Source of the DNA: Trichlorobacter lovleyi SZ
GTDB taxonomy: Bacteria; Desulfobacterota; Desulfuromonadia; Geobacterales; Pseudopelobacteraceae
Direction of reading: 5' to 3'
NCBI RefSeq assembly: GCF_000020385.1
Contig: NC_010814.1
Location: forward strand, 630,001 to 662,000
DNA length: 32,000 nt
Within the stretch, counting starts at the first letter, position 1; every line of letters starts with the position of its first letter. Under the pieces are notes generated by a model. The model was not told where the DNA came from and did not search any database. It worked only from the letters and a program-made list of their open reading frames with translations. Position numbers and translations under genes: made by a program. Below, in pieces: positions 23,185 through 32,000 of the stretch.

Positions 23185-24654
23185 CTAGCGCATCAACTCA
23201 AAGTCACGATCTTCACAGGTCTCATCCTTGATGTCGATGAACTTGTTGCAGATCTCGGTCAGCATGTTGACGGCACCCTGGTAACCGATGATCGGGTAGC
23301 GATGCTTGTTGACCCGATCAAAAATCGGGAAGCCGAAGCGGAACAGCGGGATCTTGGCATCACGGGCGGCAAACTTGCCGTGGCTGTCGCCGATGATGGC
23401 ATCGACCGGATCGGTCATCAGCAGTGAACGCAGATGCCAGAGATCCTTGTTCATGTAAATCTTGCAGCCTTTACCAAACTCGGAACCGTCAAGAAGTGCC
23501 TGCAGCTCTTTTTCAAGCTTCTTGGAACCACGGCTGCAGAGGATGTGGTGTGGATGGGCGCCCATTTCCAGCAGGAAGGAGACATAGCCCAGCAGGTAGT
23601 CCGGATCACCGTAGACGGCAAACTTCTTGCCATGAATATACTGATGTGCGTCAGTGATGGCATCTACGGCACGCCCACGCTCGTTTTTCAGTGAAGCAGG
23701 CACTTCCTTGCCGAACAGCTCAGCCACTTTCATGATAAAGGCATCGGTCTTTTCAATACCCATCGGCATCGGCATGCTGACATGCTTACCGGAGTAGTTG
23801 TCCTTGATAAAGCTGAAGGTCTTGGGTGTTGCGTAGGGCCCCAGGGTTATCGTTGCCTTGCCGTTGATGGAGTCTGCAGCATCCTCCAGCTTGGTGCCAC
23901 CGGCGTAAATATGGTAGTGACCATCACACGGTGAATCAAAGCTGTCGCTGATATCTGCCAGAACGGTGTGGGGGATGCCGAACTCTGTCAGAATTCGCTT
24001 GTACTCACGGTAGTCGCCGGTATTGAAGTCGCAGCCAGCGATCAGATTCAGCTTGCCGGTGCAGCGTCCTTCGATCTGCTTTCCTTCGGTCAGGTTCTGG
24101 AGAATCGACACCAGCATTGAATCATAACCGTGGATATGGGTGCCGTTGAAGCTGGGGGTGTTGGCATAAGGCACCGGCATATCTTTGGGCACATGACCCT
24201 TCTGACGGGCATTCTTGATGAAGGCGGTCAAGTCGTCGCCGATAACCTCAGGCATGCAGGAGGTGAAGACGGCTATCATTTTTGGCTTGTACAGGGCAAC
24301 GGCGTTTTCCAGACCTTCGTGCAGGTTATTCTGGCCGCCAAACACCGCACCGTCCTCGGTCATCGCGTCTGATACTGCCGGAGCAGGTTCGCGGAAGTGA
24401 CGGTTAAGGGTTGAGCGGTAGTAGGAAGCACAACCTTGTGAACCATGCACAAACGGCAGGGTGCCTTCAAAACCGTGGGCAGCCAGCTGGGCTCCCAAAG
24501 GTTGGCAGGCATGGGCCGGGTTGATTACCAGTGCCTGGCGGGCAAAGTTTTTCTCCCGGTATTCTTCAGTGTTTATCCAGTTCTGAACCCGGTCTACTTC
24601 TTCGGGTGTGGTCTCGACTATCTTCTTTACTTCGAGTCCTAGTAAGTTTGACAT
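23185..24654 (-). CDS. nifK: Nitrogenase MoFe protein beta chain (NifK)
   Basis: 489 aa. INPAHACQPLGAQLAAHGFEGTLPFVHGSQGCASYYRS is diagnostic for NifK, and the gene directly follows nifD. Confidence 0.95.
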   Translation of the reverse strand: MSNLLGLEVKKIVETTPEEVDRVQNWINTEEYREKNFARQALVINPAHACQPLGAQLAAHGFEGTLPFVHGSQGCASYYRSTLNRHFREPAPAVSDAMTEDGAVFGGQNNLHEGLENAVALYKPKMIAVFTSCMPEVIGDDLTAFIKNARQKGHVPKDMPVPYANTPSFNGTHIHGYDSMLVSILQNLTEGKQIEGRCTGKLNLIAGCDFNTGDYREYKRILTEFGIPHTVLADISDSFDSPCDGHYHIYAGGTKLEDAADSINGKATITLGPYATPKTFSFIKDNYSGKHVSMPMPMGIEKTDAFIMKVAELFGKEVPASLKNERGRAVDAITDAHQYIHGKKFAVYGDPDYLLGYVSFLLEMGAHPHHILCSRGSKKLEKELQALLDGSEFGKGCKIYMNKDLWHLRSLLMTDPVDAIIGDSHGKFAARDAKIPLFRFGFPIFDRVNKHRYPIIGYQGAVNMLTEICNKFIDIKDETCEDRDFELMR

Positions 24655-24729
24655 GGTATATCTCCTTTGGCGGGAAACTCATCCGTAACACCGCCATTGT
24701 AGGTAAGTATCGTGCGTGTTCTGACAGCG

Positions 24730-26175
24730 TTAGAATGGTGACTGCACCAGCTTCCAGGTCGGGCTGTTGATTGCCATATCCACGTCGCGTGCAAATACCT
24801 CAAAGCCTTTGTAGCCGTGGTAGGGGCCGGAGTAGTCCCAGCTGTGCATCTGACGGAACGGAATGCCCATTTTCTGGAAGACATATTTTTCCTTGATACC
24901 GGAGCCGATCAGGTCCGGCTTCAGGGCATCGGCAAACTTTTCAAACTCGTATTCGGATGGATCGTCGTACACCACCGTGGCATCAGGCATCTCGGGTGCG
25001 GTACGGTCATAGTCATCGGTGTGGGCAAATTCATAGCCGGAACCGATGCAGTCCATGCCAAGATCTTCGTAGGCGCCGATGGTGTGACGTGGACGGAGAC
25101 CACCCACAAGCAGCATTACCTTTTTGCCGTCCAGGCGTGGCTTGTACTGCTCGATAATTCCCTGCATGATCGGATCATACTTGGCGATTACCGCCTCAAC
25201 CTTCTCCTTGATGGTGTCGTCAAACAGGGCTGCCAGCTTACGCAGGCTTTCCTTGATCTTGGTCGGGCCGAAGAAGTTCAGCTCAATCCAGGGAATGCCG
25301 AATTTTTCTTCCATCACCTTGCACATATAGTTCATGGAACGGTAACAGTGGATTACGTTGAGCTTTACGGTATGGGTGGCCGCAATCTTTTCCAGTTCAC
25401 CATCGCCGGTCCAGACCGCTTTGACGTTAAAGCCACACTCTTCCAACAGCGGCTTGGTGGACCAGGCGTCACCACCGATGTTGTATTCACCGATCAGAGC
25501 GATGTCATAGGGCGATTCAGGTTCGGCGTACTCACGGGTGCCGATGATATAGTCACGGATGGTGTCGTTACTGATGTGGTGGCCAAGTGATTGGGAAACA
25601 CCACGGAAACCTTCGCAGTTACAGGGGATGATCGGCAGATCCAGCTCCTTGGCAGAAGTCTTGGCCACGGAGTTGATGTCGTCACCGATCAGGCCGACCG
25701 GGCATTCGGACAGTACCGAGATCCCTTTGGCCAGCGGAAACAGGTCGTGGGCCTCTTCCAGCAGGGTCTTCAGCTTTTTATCGCCACCGTAGACAATATC
25801 CTTTTCCTGGAAGTCGGAGGTGAACTGCATCGGAAAACTGGTAACGCCGACAATGCCGCTTACCATGTTACGCCGGGTACCCCATGAATACCAGCCGCAG
25901 CCAACCGGGCCGTGGGAAACGTGAACCATGTCGCGGATCGGTCCCCAAACCACCCCTTTGGCACCTGCGTAGGCGCAGCCACGGGCAGACATAACGCCGG
26001 GAACCGTCTTCTTGTTGGACTTGACACAGGCTGAACCTGATCCCTGGTCGTTGGCACCGATATGCGGAGCGCGTTTTTTTCTGGCCTTTTCCGGATACAC
26101 CGACAAGGTTTCAGCTATCAGCGCCTCGGTGGATTCTTTGGTGATGCCCTCTATTTTACGTATCTTGTCTGACAT
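24730..26175 (-). CDS. nifD: Nitrogenase MoFe protein alpha chain (NifD)
   Basis: 481 aa with [36 protein letters not shown] and [11 protein letters not shown]. Confidence 0.95.
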   Translation of the reverse strand: MSDKIRKIEGITKESTEALIAETLSVYPEKARKKRAPHIGANDQGSGSACVKSNKKTVPGVMSARGCAYAGAKGVVWGPIRDMVHVSHGPVGCGWYSWGTRRNMVSGIVGVTSFPMQFTSDFQEKDIVYGGDKKLKTLLEEAHDLFPLAKGISVLSECPVGLIGDDINSVAKTSAKELDLPIIPCNCEGFRGVSQSLGHHISNDTIRDYIIGTREYAEPESPYDIALIGEYNIGGDAWSTKPLLEECGFNVKAVWTGDGELEKIAATHTVKLNVIHCYRSMNYMCKVMEEKFGIPWIELNFFGPTKIKESLRKLAALFDDTIKEKVEAVIAKYDPIMQGIIEQYKPRLDGKKVMLLVGGLRPRHTIGAYEDLGMDCIGSGYEFAHTDDYDRTAPEMPDATVVYDDPSEYEFEKFADALKPDLIGSGIKEKYVFQKMGIPFRQMHSWDYSGPYHGYKGFEVFARDVDMAINSPTWKLVQSPF

Positions 26176-26207
26176 AGGTATTCTCCTTGAGATGTTCAGA
26201 AAAACGG

Positions 26208-26317
26208 GGACTTTTTCACAAGGTCAAGGCGGATGATGCCGGTTCGAGGGAGGTGTACGAAGCAGTGCGCCGCACAACCGAATCAGGAACCTAACGCCGA
26301 GACTGCGGAAAAAGACC
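26208..26317 (+). repeat. Structured intergenic repeat, copy B, filling the nifH-nifD spacer
   Basis: The outer stem is GGaCTTTTTC/GAAAAAGaCC. The conserved block caaggtcaaggcgg is present. The middle stem is CCGGTTCG/CGAATCaGG and the apical hairpin is ggtgtac-gaagca-gtgcgcc. The conserved tail is ccgcacaacc..ctaacg..gagactgcggaaa. Confidence 0.7.
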
Positions 26318-26322
26318 GTTTC

Positions 26323-27210
<888 letters not shown>

Positions 27211-27249
27211 TCATCTGTGGGTCCCTTGGGATGTTGGTCGGGGCAACGC

Positions 27250-27292
27250 AAAACGGCGCCCCAATTGTGTGAACTAAATTGGAAGGCGCCGT
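27250..27292 (-). terminator. Terminator-like hairpin inside the nifH 5' leader (candidate attenuator)
   Basis: The minus-strand RNA reads ACGGCGCC-UU-CCAAUU-loop-AAUUGG-G-GGCGCCGU, followed by UUUGCGUU. It lies between the sigma54 promoter and the Shine-Dalgarno. Confidence 0.5.
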
Positions 27293-27341
27293 TGCCTTGT
27301 CTTCAGTTTCCTGTTGTTTCAAAGATGCCTGATTTAGGCAT

Positions 27342-27358
27342 AAGCATAGGCCGTGCCA
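27342..27358 (-). promoter_or_regulatory. sigma54 promoter for nifHDK
   Basis: The minus strand reads TGGCACGGCCTATGCTT, with GG-N10-GC spacing. The leader is about 140 nt. Confidence 0.8.
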
Positions 27359-27519
27359 AGTTCTTTGTTTTTTAAAATGACAAGTAATGTAAGTGTTTTA
27401 CTGATTGTGCGTGTGGATGCTGTATACAATTTTTGAGCGATCTGCTGCGTGGCGGTCAGGCGGAGATGCTAAAAAAGAGGGCAAAGCTGCGGGGGGGCAA
27501 AAGGTTGGGTGGTGTTGTG

Positions 27520-28242
27520 TTATCCCTTGCTGCGTGTCTGCCAGCCTTTCCAGAGCAGCAAGCTGCCCCAGAGCATGGCAATAAGCATCAGCAGGCTGCC
27601 GATGCCGAAGGAAAGGCGGGCCAGGGTATGGTCGTATTGCATCATGTTCAGTTTGGTCAGCAGCACTTCCCAGTCATGATAATCCTCAACCTCACTGCCG
27701 GTGACTCCTCCCAGCAGGATCAGCTGGCCGGCCCGGGCATCATTGATATAGGGGGCAATATCAAGCAGGCTCTCCCCCAGCCACCAGGTGCCGACAGCTG
27801 CGCCAAAGGTGTCGCGCTGCCAGAGAAATGTGCAGATTACCACTGTTGGAATAATCAACTGGCCCAGGGTTCCCCCCAGTACCTGCAGAAAACGCCCGAA
27901 TGGGCTGAAAAAGAGGTGGCCAGCTTCGTGAAAGACCAGGTTGACACTGTGCAGCAACCAGCTGGTTTGCGGAAAAGCCAGGATCGGCGTGAAGATGAGT
28001 TTAAGCCCGCATGCCACCAGTATGATCAGCAAAACTGCCTTGAAGCCAATCACAACAGCATGCTCTTCCGGCTTTGCATACAAGAACAGCTGCTTGAGTG
28101 CACTATCTTCAGGCGGCTGATCAGCCTGTTTCTTGCGTGCCTCTGCCTGGGCCAGTTTGGCAAAGATCACCCCGCAATGGGGGCAGCTGGTGGCTGGTGC
28201 TGAAAGAATATGGGAACATTTTGGGCAGAGATCCAACAGCAT
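27520..28242 (-). CDS. Polytopic membrane protein with an N-terminal zinc ribbon and an HExxH motif (putative metalloprotease)
   Basis: The start was set at the ATG at 28242, after a GAGG. The zinc ribbon is CPKC..CPHC. HEAGH lies within a hydrophobic context, and several TM segments are present. Confidence 0.5.
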   Translation of the reverse strand: MLLDLCPKCSHILSAPATSCPHCGVIFAKLAQAEARKKQADQPPEDSALKQLFLYAKPEEHAVVIGFKAVLLIILVACGLKLIFTPILAFPQTSWLLHSVNLVFHEAGHLFFSPFGRFLQVLGGTLGQLIIPTVVICTFLWQRDTFGAAVGTWWLGESLLDIAPYINDARAGQLILLGGVTGSEVEDYHDWEVLLTKLNMMQYDHTLARLSFGIGSLLMLIAMLWGSLLLWKGWQTRSKG

Positions 28243-28252
28243 GCTGATTACC

Positions 28253-28729
28253 TCAAGGGTAGACTCTGATGACCTGCTCAGCAACACAGGCAGGCTTGTC
28301 GTTGCCGTCGATCTCTATGGTCAACAGGTAGATAATCTCAACCCCGTTTCCGGCCATGGTTGCATCCTGTATTGTGGTATGGGCACGGAGCCGGTCACCC
28401 GGCTTGACCGGAGCAGGAAAGCGGACCTTGTTCAGGCCGTAATTGACCCGCAGCCGCATGCCCGGATAGTTTTTTTCAAACTGTCCTGCTGCATTGGCCT
28501 GGGTCAGCAGCGGCAGCAGTGACAGGGTCAGGAAGCCATGGGCAATGGTGCTCTTGTAGGGGGATTCCTGAGCTGCCCGTTGCGGATCAATATGTATCCA
28601 CTGCAGGTCACCGGTGGCCTGGGCAAAGGCGTCAATCCTGGCCTGATCGATCAACAGCCACTCTCCAACCGCAATCTCCTGGCCCTTCTGTTGTTGATAG
28701 AACGCCAGAAGCTGTTCTGCTGCAGACAT
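28253..28729 (-). CDS. MaoC-like (hot-dog fold) dehydratase
   Basis: The ATG at 28729 follows an AAGGA. DLQWIHIDPQRAAQESPYKSTIAHGFLTLSLL is typical of MaoC/(R)-hydratase domains. Confidence 0.7.
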   Translation of the reverse strand: MSAAEQLLAFYQQQKGQEIAVGEWLLIDQARIDAFAQATGDLQWIHIDPQRAAQESPYKSTIAHGFLTLSLLPLLTQANAAGQFEKNYPGMRLRVNYGLNKVRFPAPVKPGDRLRAHTTIQDATMAGNGVEIIYLLTIEIDGNDKPACVAEQVIRVYP

Positions 28730-28810
28730 GGCTTGTCCTTTCAAATCCTGTGAAATAGATGTATAGAATCAATTCTACCCAAGGGAAACAGCTTTGCAAG
28801 GGAGGAAACA

Positions 28811-29245
28811 ATGAAACTGCACGAAGGATTGAAGACACTGGGGGAAGGAAAGGCAACCACCTACAGCTATGATGCGCCTGATGCCGGGCTGTTGGAGTGG
28901 TTTCCCTCGCCCTATGTCGACCCGGAACTGAACCCCTGCGGTTGCACCGGGACGCTGCACATCAGCTGTCCTGAGTTTACCTGCCTCTGTCCCATGACCG
29001 GCCAGCCTGATTTTGGCACCATCATTATTGATTATCAACCGGACCAGCGCTGTGTGGAGAGCAAGAGCCTCAAGTTGTATCTGGGATCGTTCAGGATGCA
29101 CGGTGAGTTCCACGAGGCCGGGGTCAACCGGATCTGCAATGATCTGGTCAAGCTGCTTGATCCGGTCTGGCTGACCGTCAAGGGAGAATTTACCCCGCGG
29201 GGGGGGATACCGTTCTGGCCAACGGCAGAGTATCGGAAGGGATAA
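28811..29245 (+). CDS. queF: NADPH-dependent 7-cyano-7-deazaguanine (preQ0) reductase, unimodular type
   Basis: 144 aa. The catalytic Cys context is [14 protein letters not shown], and the QueF motif [13 protein letters not shown] is present. Confidence 0.85.
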   Translation: MKLHEGLKTLGEGKATTYSYDAPDAGLLEWFPSPYVDPELNPCGCTGTLHISCPEFTCLCPMTGQPDFGTIIIDYQPDQRCVESKSLKLYLGSFRMHGEFHEAGVNRICNDLVKLLDPVWLTVKGEFTPRGGIPFWPTAEYRKG

Positions 29246-29253
29246 GACGGGTA

Positions 29254-29292
29254 GGACAAAAGGGCGGCCGCTTTGGCCACCCTTTTGTGTCC
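29254..29292. terminator. Bidirectional terminator between queF and the convergent DUF4337 gene
   Basis: ggacaaaagggcggcc / ggccacccttttgtgtcc form a stem of about 16 bp with an A-run and a T-run. Confidence 0.75.
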
Positions 29293-29293
29293 G

Positions 29294-29839
29294 TCAATAA
29301 AACAAGAGCCAACCATCCAGAAAAAAGAAGATCCAGCCCAGGTTGGCAGCCAGTGCGATGTACCAGAGGTATTTCTTTTTGGTCAGACTGGAAAGGGATG
29401 AGAGCATGATGGCGATCTGCAGGAAGATCAGGGCATAGGCAAAGTTGCCCCCCATATCCTGAGCCGTATGCTTTGCCTTGGCGATCTGTTCTGCCTTGGC
29501 CTTGATCTCTTTTTTCTCGCTATCATAACGTTTGGTCTCGTCAGCATATTTTTTGAGGGTTGTTTCGTAGTCAGCCGCAACCTCTGCTGCTAATCCCTTT
29601 TGAGAACGGTACTGCAGCTCAAGCGCCTGCCTGCTGATCTCAAAGGTATGCCCTTTGATGCTCTTGGCCTGATAGTGAGCCCACTGGTCGCTCTCCAGCC
29701 CTTGGGACATGATGGCCCGCGAGGAGTACTTGCCCATGTAGAGGGTGGTCAGGGCTGCCAGTACCGCCATGATAGCGGTGGACAATGCCAGCCAGTTTTG
29801 CCAGCGTTCTTTTTCTTCCCTGGTTTCCTTGTGCGGCAT
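29294..29839 (-). CDS. DUF4337-like membrane protein
   Basis: 181 aa. The layout is a charged N terminus, a TM segment, a long K/E-rich helix and two C-terminal TM segments. The family assignment is from memory of this architecture only. Confidence 0.45.
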   Translation of the reverse strand: MPHKETREEKERWQNWLALSTAIMAVLAALTTLYMGKYSSRAIMSQGLESDQWAHYQAKSIKGHTFEISRQALELQYRSQKGLAAEVAADYETTLKKYADETKRYDSEKKEIKAKAEQIAKAKHTAQDMGGNFAYALIFLQIAIMLSSLSSLTKKKYLWYIALAANLGWIFFFLDGWLLFY

Positions 29840-29856
29840 CTTCTGCCGTCCTCCTT

Positions 29857-30618
29857 TTAATCCAGTTCGTCAATCTCCCCGACCAGCTGCTGCCGCAGCT
29901 TGACCGGTTTTTCAGAGCTGCTGCGTACCTTGATATTGATCATCTCCACAAAGACCGAGAAGGCCATGGCAAAGTAGATATAGCCCTTGGGAATATGGAA
30001 TGAGAGGCCGTCGGCGATCAGGGCCACTCCGATCATCAGCAGAAACGACAAGGCCAGCACCTTGACCGTCGGGTGGCGATCCACAAAGCGGCTGACCGAT
30101 CCGGCAAAGAACAGCATGATTCCCACCGAGATCACCACGGCGGTTACCATCACCCCCAGTTGGCGGGCCATACCCACCGCTGTAATGACCGAATCCAGCG
30201 AGAATACGATGTCCAGAAACATGATCTGGATCAGCACGCTGTTGAATGCGGCGGCTCCCTTGCCTCCGTCGGCATGGTGTTCCTCCCCCTCCAGCTTGTC
30301 GTGAATCTCCATGGTGCTCTTGGCCAGCAGAAACAGGCCGCCAATGATCAGGATCAGGTCACGGCCCGAGACACCGTGATTGAAGATGAAAAAGAACGGT
30401 GCGGTCAGTTTCATGATCCAGGCCAGTGAGAAAAGCAGCAGGATGCGGGTGATCATGGCCAGCGAAAGCCCGATTTTTTGAGCCTTTTCCCGCTGGTGCT
30501 CCGGCAGTTTCCCGGTCAGGATGCTGATAAAGATGATGTTGTCGATGCCCAGTACGATCTCAAGGGCGGTCAGGGTCAAGAGGGCCAGCCAGGCCTGGGG
30601 ATCAGTCAGCCAATCCAT
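29857..30618 (-). CDS. TerC-family integral membrane protein
   Basis: 253 aa. LEIVLGIDNIIFISIL and FLDIVFSLDSVITAVGM are the paired TerC motifs. Confidence 0.85.
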   Translation of the reverse strand: MDWLTDPQAWLALLTLTALEIVLGIDNIIFISILTGKLPEHQREKAQKIGLSLAMITRILLLFSLAWIMKLTAPFFFIFNHGVSGRDLILIIGGLFLLAKSTMEIHDKLEGEEHHADGGKGAAAFNSVLIQIMFLDIVFSLDSVITAVGMARQLGVMVTAVVISVGIMLFFAGSVSRFVDRHPTVKVLALSFLLMIGVALIADGLSFHIPKGYIYFAMAFSVFVEMINIKVRSSSEKPVKLRQQLVGEIDELD

Positions 30619-30765
30619 ATGAATGTATATCCTTTCGGGTAAAGAAAACTATTGCGGAAGCCGTCTGCTGCGTTGCGCGGTACTTGCTACCTTGCCTGCC
30701 TGCATTGATATGTCCCGGTAGCTGCGTGTCGTGCGCCTTGCATCCGGTCTTCCTCATAAATATTT

Positions 30766-31083
30766 TCAGGGTTCTTTTTTGTTGAGGTCGGTGCAGGTGA
30801 AGCGGCGGCAGATCGCCGGGCGGTGGTGGTAAATGCCGCAACGGTTGCCAACCAGAAATTCACAGCCAAGTTCAATCATCAGATAATAGTGGCCATTCAG
30901 GGTAAATTCAAGCCGTTTTGCCCCCAACTGCTGCAGGCCGGCATACTCTTCAGCAGTCAGCTCTACGCTGGGAAAACCCTGGCAGCAGGAAGCATCGCAG
31001 CTGGCGCAGCGCTCATTCCCGTCCTCCGGGTGATCCAACAGGATGCCGTGCAGCTTTTTGCGATTGCGCTGAAAAAGCCCCAT
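30766..31083 (-). CDS. YkgJ-family cysteine-cluster (CxxCxxCC) protein
   Basis: 105 aa with CASCDASCC and a C-terminal CGIY..RP.ICR.F.C. Confidence 0.7.
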   Translation of the reverse strand: MGLFQRNRKKLHGILLDHPEDGNERCASCDASCCQGFPSVELTAEEYAGLQQLGAKRLEFTLNGHYYLMIELGCEFLVGNRCGIYHHRPAICRRFTCTDLNKKEP

Positions 31084-31097
31084 GTCCAGCTCCTTAT

Positions 31098-31218
31098 TCC
31101 GATTTCAGTTCAAGGATGCTATCAAGGCGGCGAGGAATTCGGCGACGCAGGCGTACACGCAGTACGTTGAGGAGCCGATGACGAGCCAACGAAGAGAGGG
31201 CCTTGAAATGGAATCGGA
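31098..31218 (+). repeat. Structured intergenic repeat, copy C, filling the mqnD-ykgJ spacer
   Basis: The 19-nt terminal inverted repeats are ttccgatttcagttcaagg / ccttgaaatggaatcggaa. The block tcaaggcgg is present. The middle stem is TCGGC/GCCGA and the apical hairpin is ggcgtac-acgca-gtacgtt. The tail is ccaacgaagaga. Confidence 0.7.
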
Positions 31219-31219
31219 A

Positions 31220-32000
31220 CTAGATGAATAGCGGCGCCTCCGATGCAGGTACCAGCCCGGCCGCCTCAGCCCGGCGCAGCAGCTCGGCAATGGCCTGCTC
31301 TCCCTCTGCTCCCAACTGCTGCGAGAAGTCATTGACATACAGCCCGATATGGGCAGCGCAGACCTGTTCATTCATCTCCTGGGCATGCTCCCGGATATAT
31401 TGGGTGGCTGCCGCAGGATTGTTACGGGCATACTCCACACCATCGGCCAGGGCTTGTTCAATGGCGCGGATGGTGTCAGCCCCCAGGCTGCGTTTGGCCA
31501 CAATCCCGCCCAGGGGGATCGGCAGGCCGGTCTCGTTCTCCCACCACTCTCCCAGATCCACCAGCTGGTGCAGGCCAAAGCCCTGATAGGTAAAGCGGGA
31601 TTCGTGGATGATCACCCCGGCGTCGGCCCGCCCGGTCATGACCGCATCCATGATCTCATGGAACGGCATCTCCAGAAAGGTGGTCAGACCGGGGGCATAC
31701 AGACGCATCAGCAGGTGGGCCGTGGTGTAGCGGCCCGGAATGGCAATGGTCTTGCCCTGCAGCGCAGCAGGATCAAGCGGTTCCTTAGCCACCAGCAGCG
31801 GCCCGCAGCCGCGCCCCAGGGCGCTGCCGGCCCGCAGCAGGGCGTACTGTTCGCGGAAGTGCCCCAGGGCGGCATAGGAGACCTTGGTCACATCCAGTAC
31901 CCCTTTCACGGCCAGCCGGTTGAGGGTCTCCACATCCTCCAGCCGCTCGTTGAAGCTGTAGCCGCCGGTATCCACCAGGCCATGCACCAGCGGATAGAAC
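31220..32000 (-). CDS. mqnD: 1,4-dihydroxy-6-naphthoate synthase (futalosine pathway MqnD), 5' end beyond the window
   Basis: The frame stays open to the window edge (..FYPLVHGLVDTGGYSF). VKGVLDVTKVSYAALG, GSALGRGCGPLLV and GVIIHESRFTY are MqnA/MqnD-family blocks, with MqnD-like spacing. Confidence 0.7.
   Translation of the reverse strand, partial: FYPLVHGLVDTGGYSFNERLEDVETLNRLAVKGVLDVTKVSYAALGHFREQYALLRAGSALGRGCGPLLVAKEPLDPAALQGKTIAIPGRYTTAHLLMRLYAPGLTTFLEMPFHEIMDAVMTGRADAGVIIHESRFTYQGFGLHQLVDLGEWWENETGLPIPLGGIVAKRSLGADTIRAIEQALADGVEYARNNPAAATQYIREHAQEMNEQVCAAHIGLYVNDFSQQLGAEGEQAIAELLRRAEAAGLVPASEAPLFI

Noticed and set aside
27433-28203. A 256-aa plus-strand ORF
   Set aside because: It lies antisense to the zinc-ribbon/HExxH membrane protein gene. 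That gene has coherent TM segments and motifs and is coupled to the upstream MaoC gene.
28745-28810. A preQ1 riboswitch upstream of queF
   Set aside because: The 66-nt spacer shows no preQ1-I-like hairpin with an A-rich tail and no other recognisable aptamer. queF is also not the usual target of that riboswitch.
30619-30765. A yybP-ykoY Mn2+ riboswitch upstream of terC
   Set aside because: I could not find the conserved GGGGAGUAG 5' strand. The GCAAG.ACC-like segment is not positioned opposite the 5' end as the four-way-junction model requires. Only a generic structured leader is retained, as a low-interest finding.

Overview
The window is a nitrogen-fixation (nif) region on the minus strand, interrupted by three non-nif modules. 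The fused nifEN, the sigma54 promoters and a GEMM-I riboswitch ahead of a haem lipoprotein suggest a Geobacter/Desulfuromonadales-like organism, but this is inference only. The nif genes are nifH-nifD-nifK (27189..23185), fused nifEN (13771..11024), and nifX, two nif-type ferredoxins, a NifX/NifB-C-like protein and draT (2966..604). The interrupting modules are: (i) a plus-strand Type I restriction-modification block, hsdR-hsdM-hsdS plus an AlbA_2/HATPase_c_4 gene (3281..10770); (ii) two small low-complexity ORFs followed by a GEMM-I cyclic-dinucleotide riboswitch that controls a lipoprotein with four FN3 repeats and a C-terminal c-type haem domain (14002..17439); (iii) a five-gene minus-strand operon encoding a circularly permuted ATP-grasp protein, an alpha-E protein, a transglutaminase and two AstE/AspA-type deacylases (22926..17459). 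Four sigma54 (-24/-12) promoters can be read directly. The promoter of module (iii) differs from the nifH promoter at 1 of 17 positions. A structured ~100-120 nt intergenic repeat occurs four times, with covarying stems and strand-specific G.T wobbles. One copy fills the nifH-nifD spacer, and two copies form an inverted pair inside the ATP-grasp operon. The right end holds housekeeping genes: an HExxH membrane protein, a MaoC-like dehydratase, queF, DUF4337, TerC, YkgJ and mqnD. I found no tRNA, rRNA, CRISPR array, transposase or integrase. All calls rest on reading the sequence and recalling family motifs; no searches were run.
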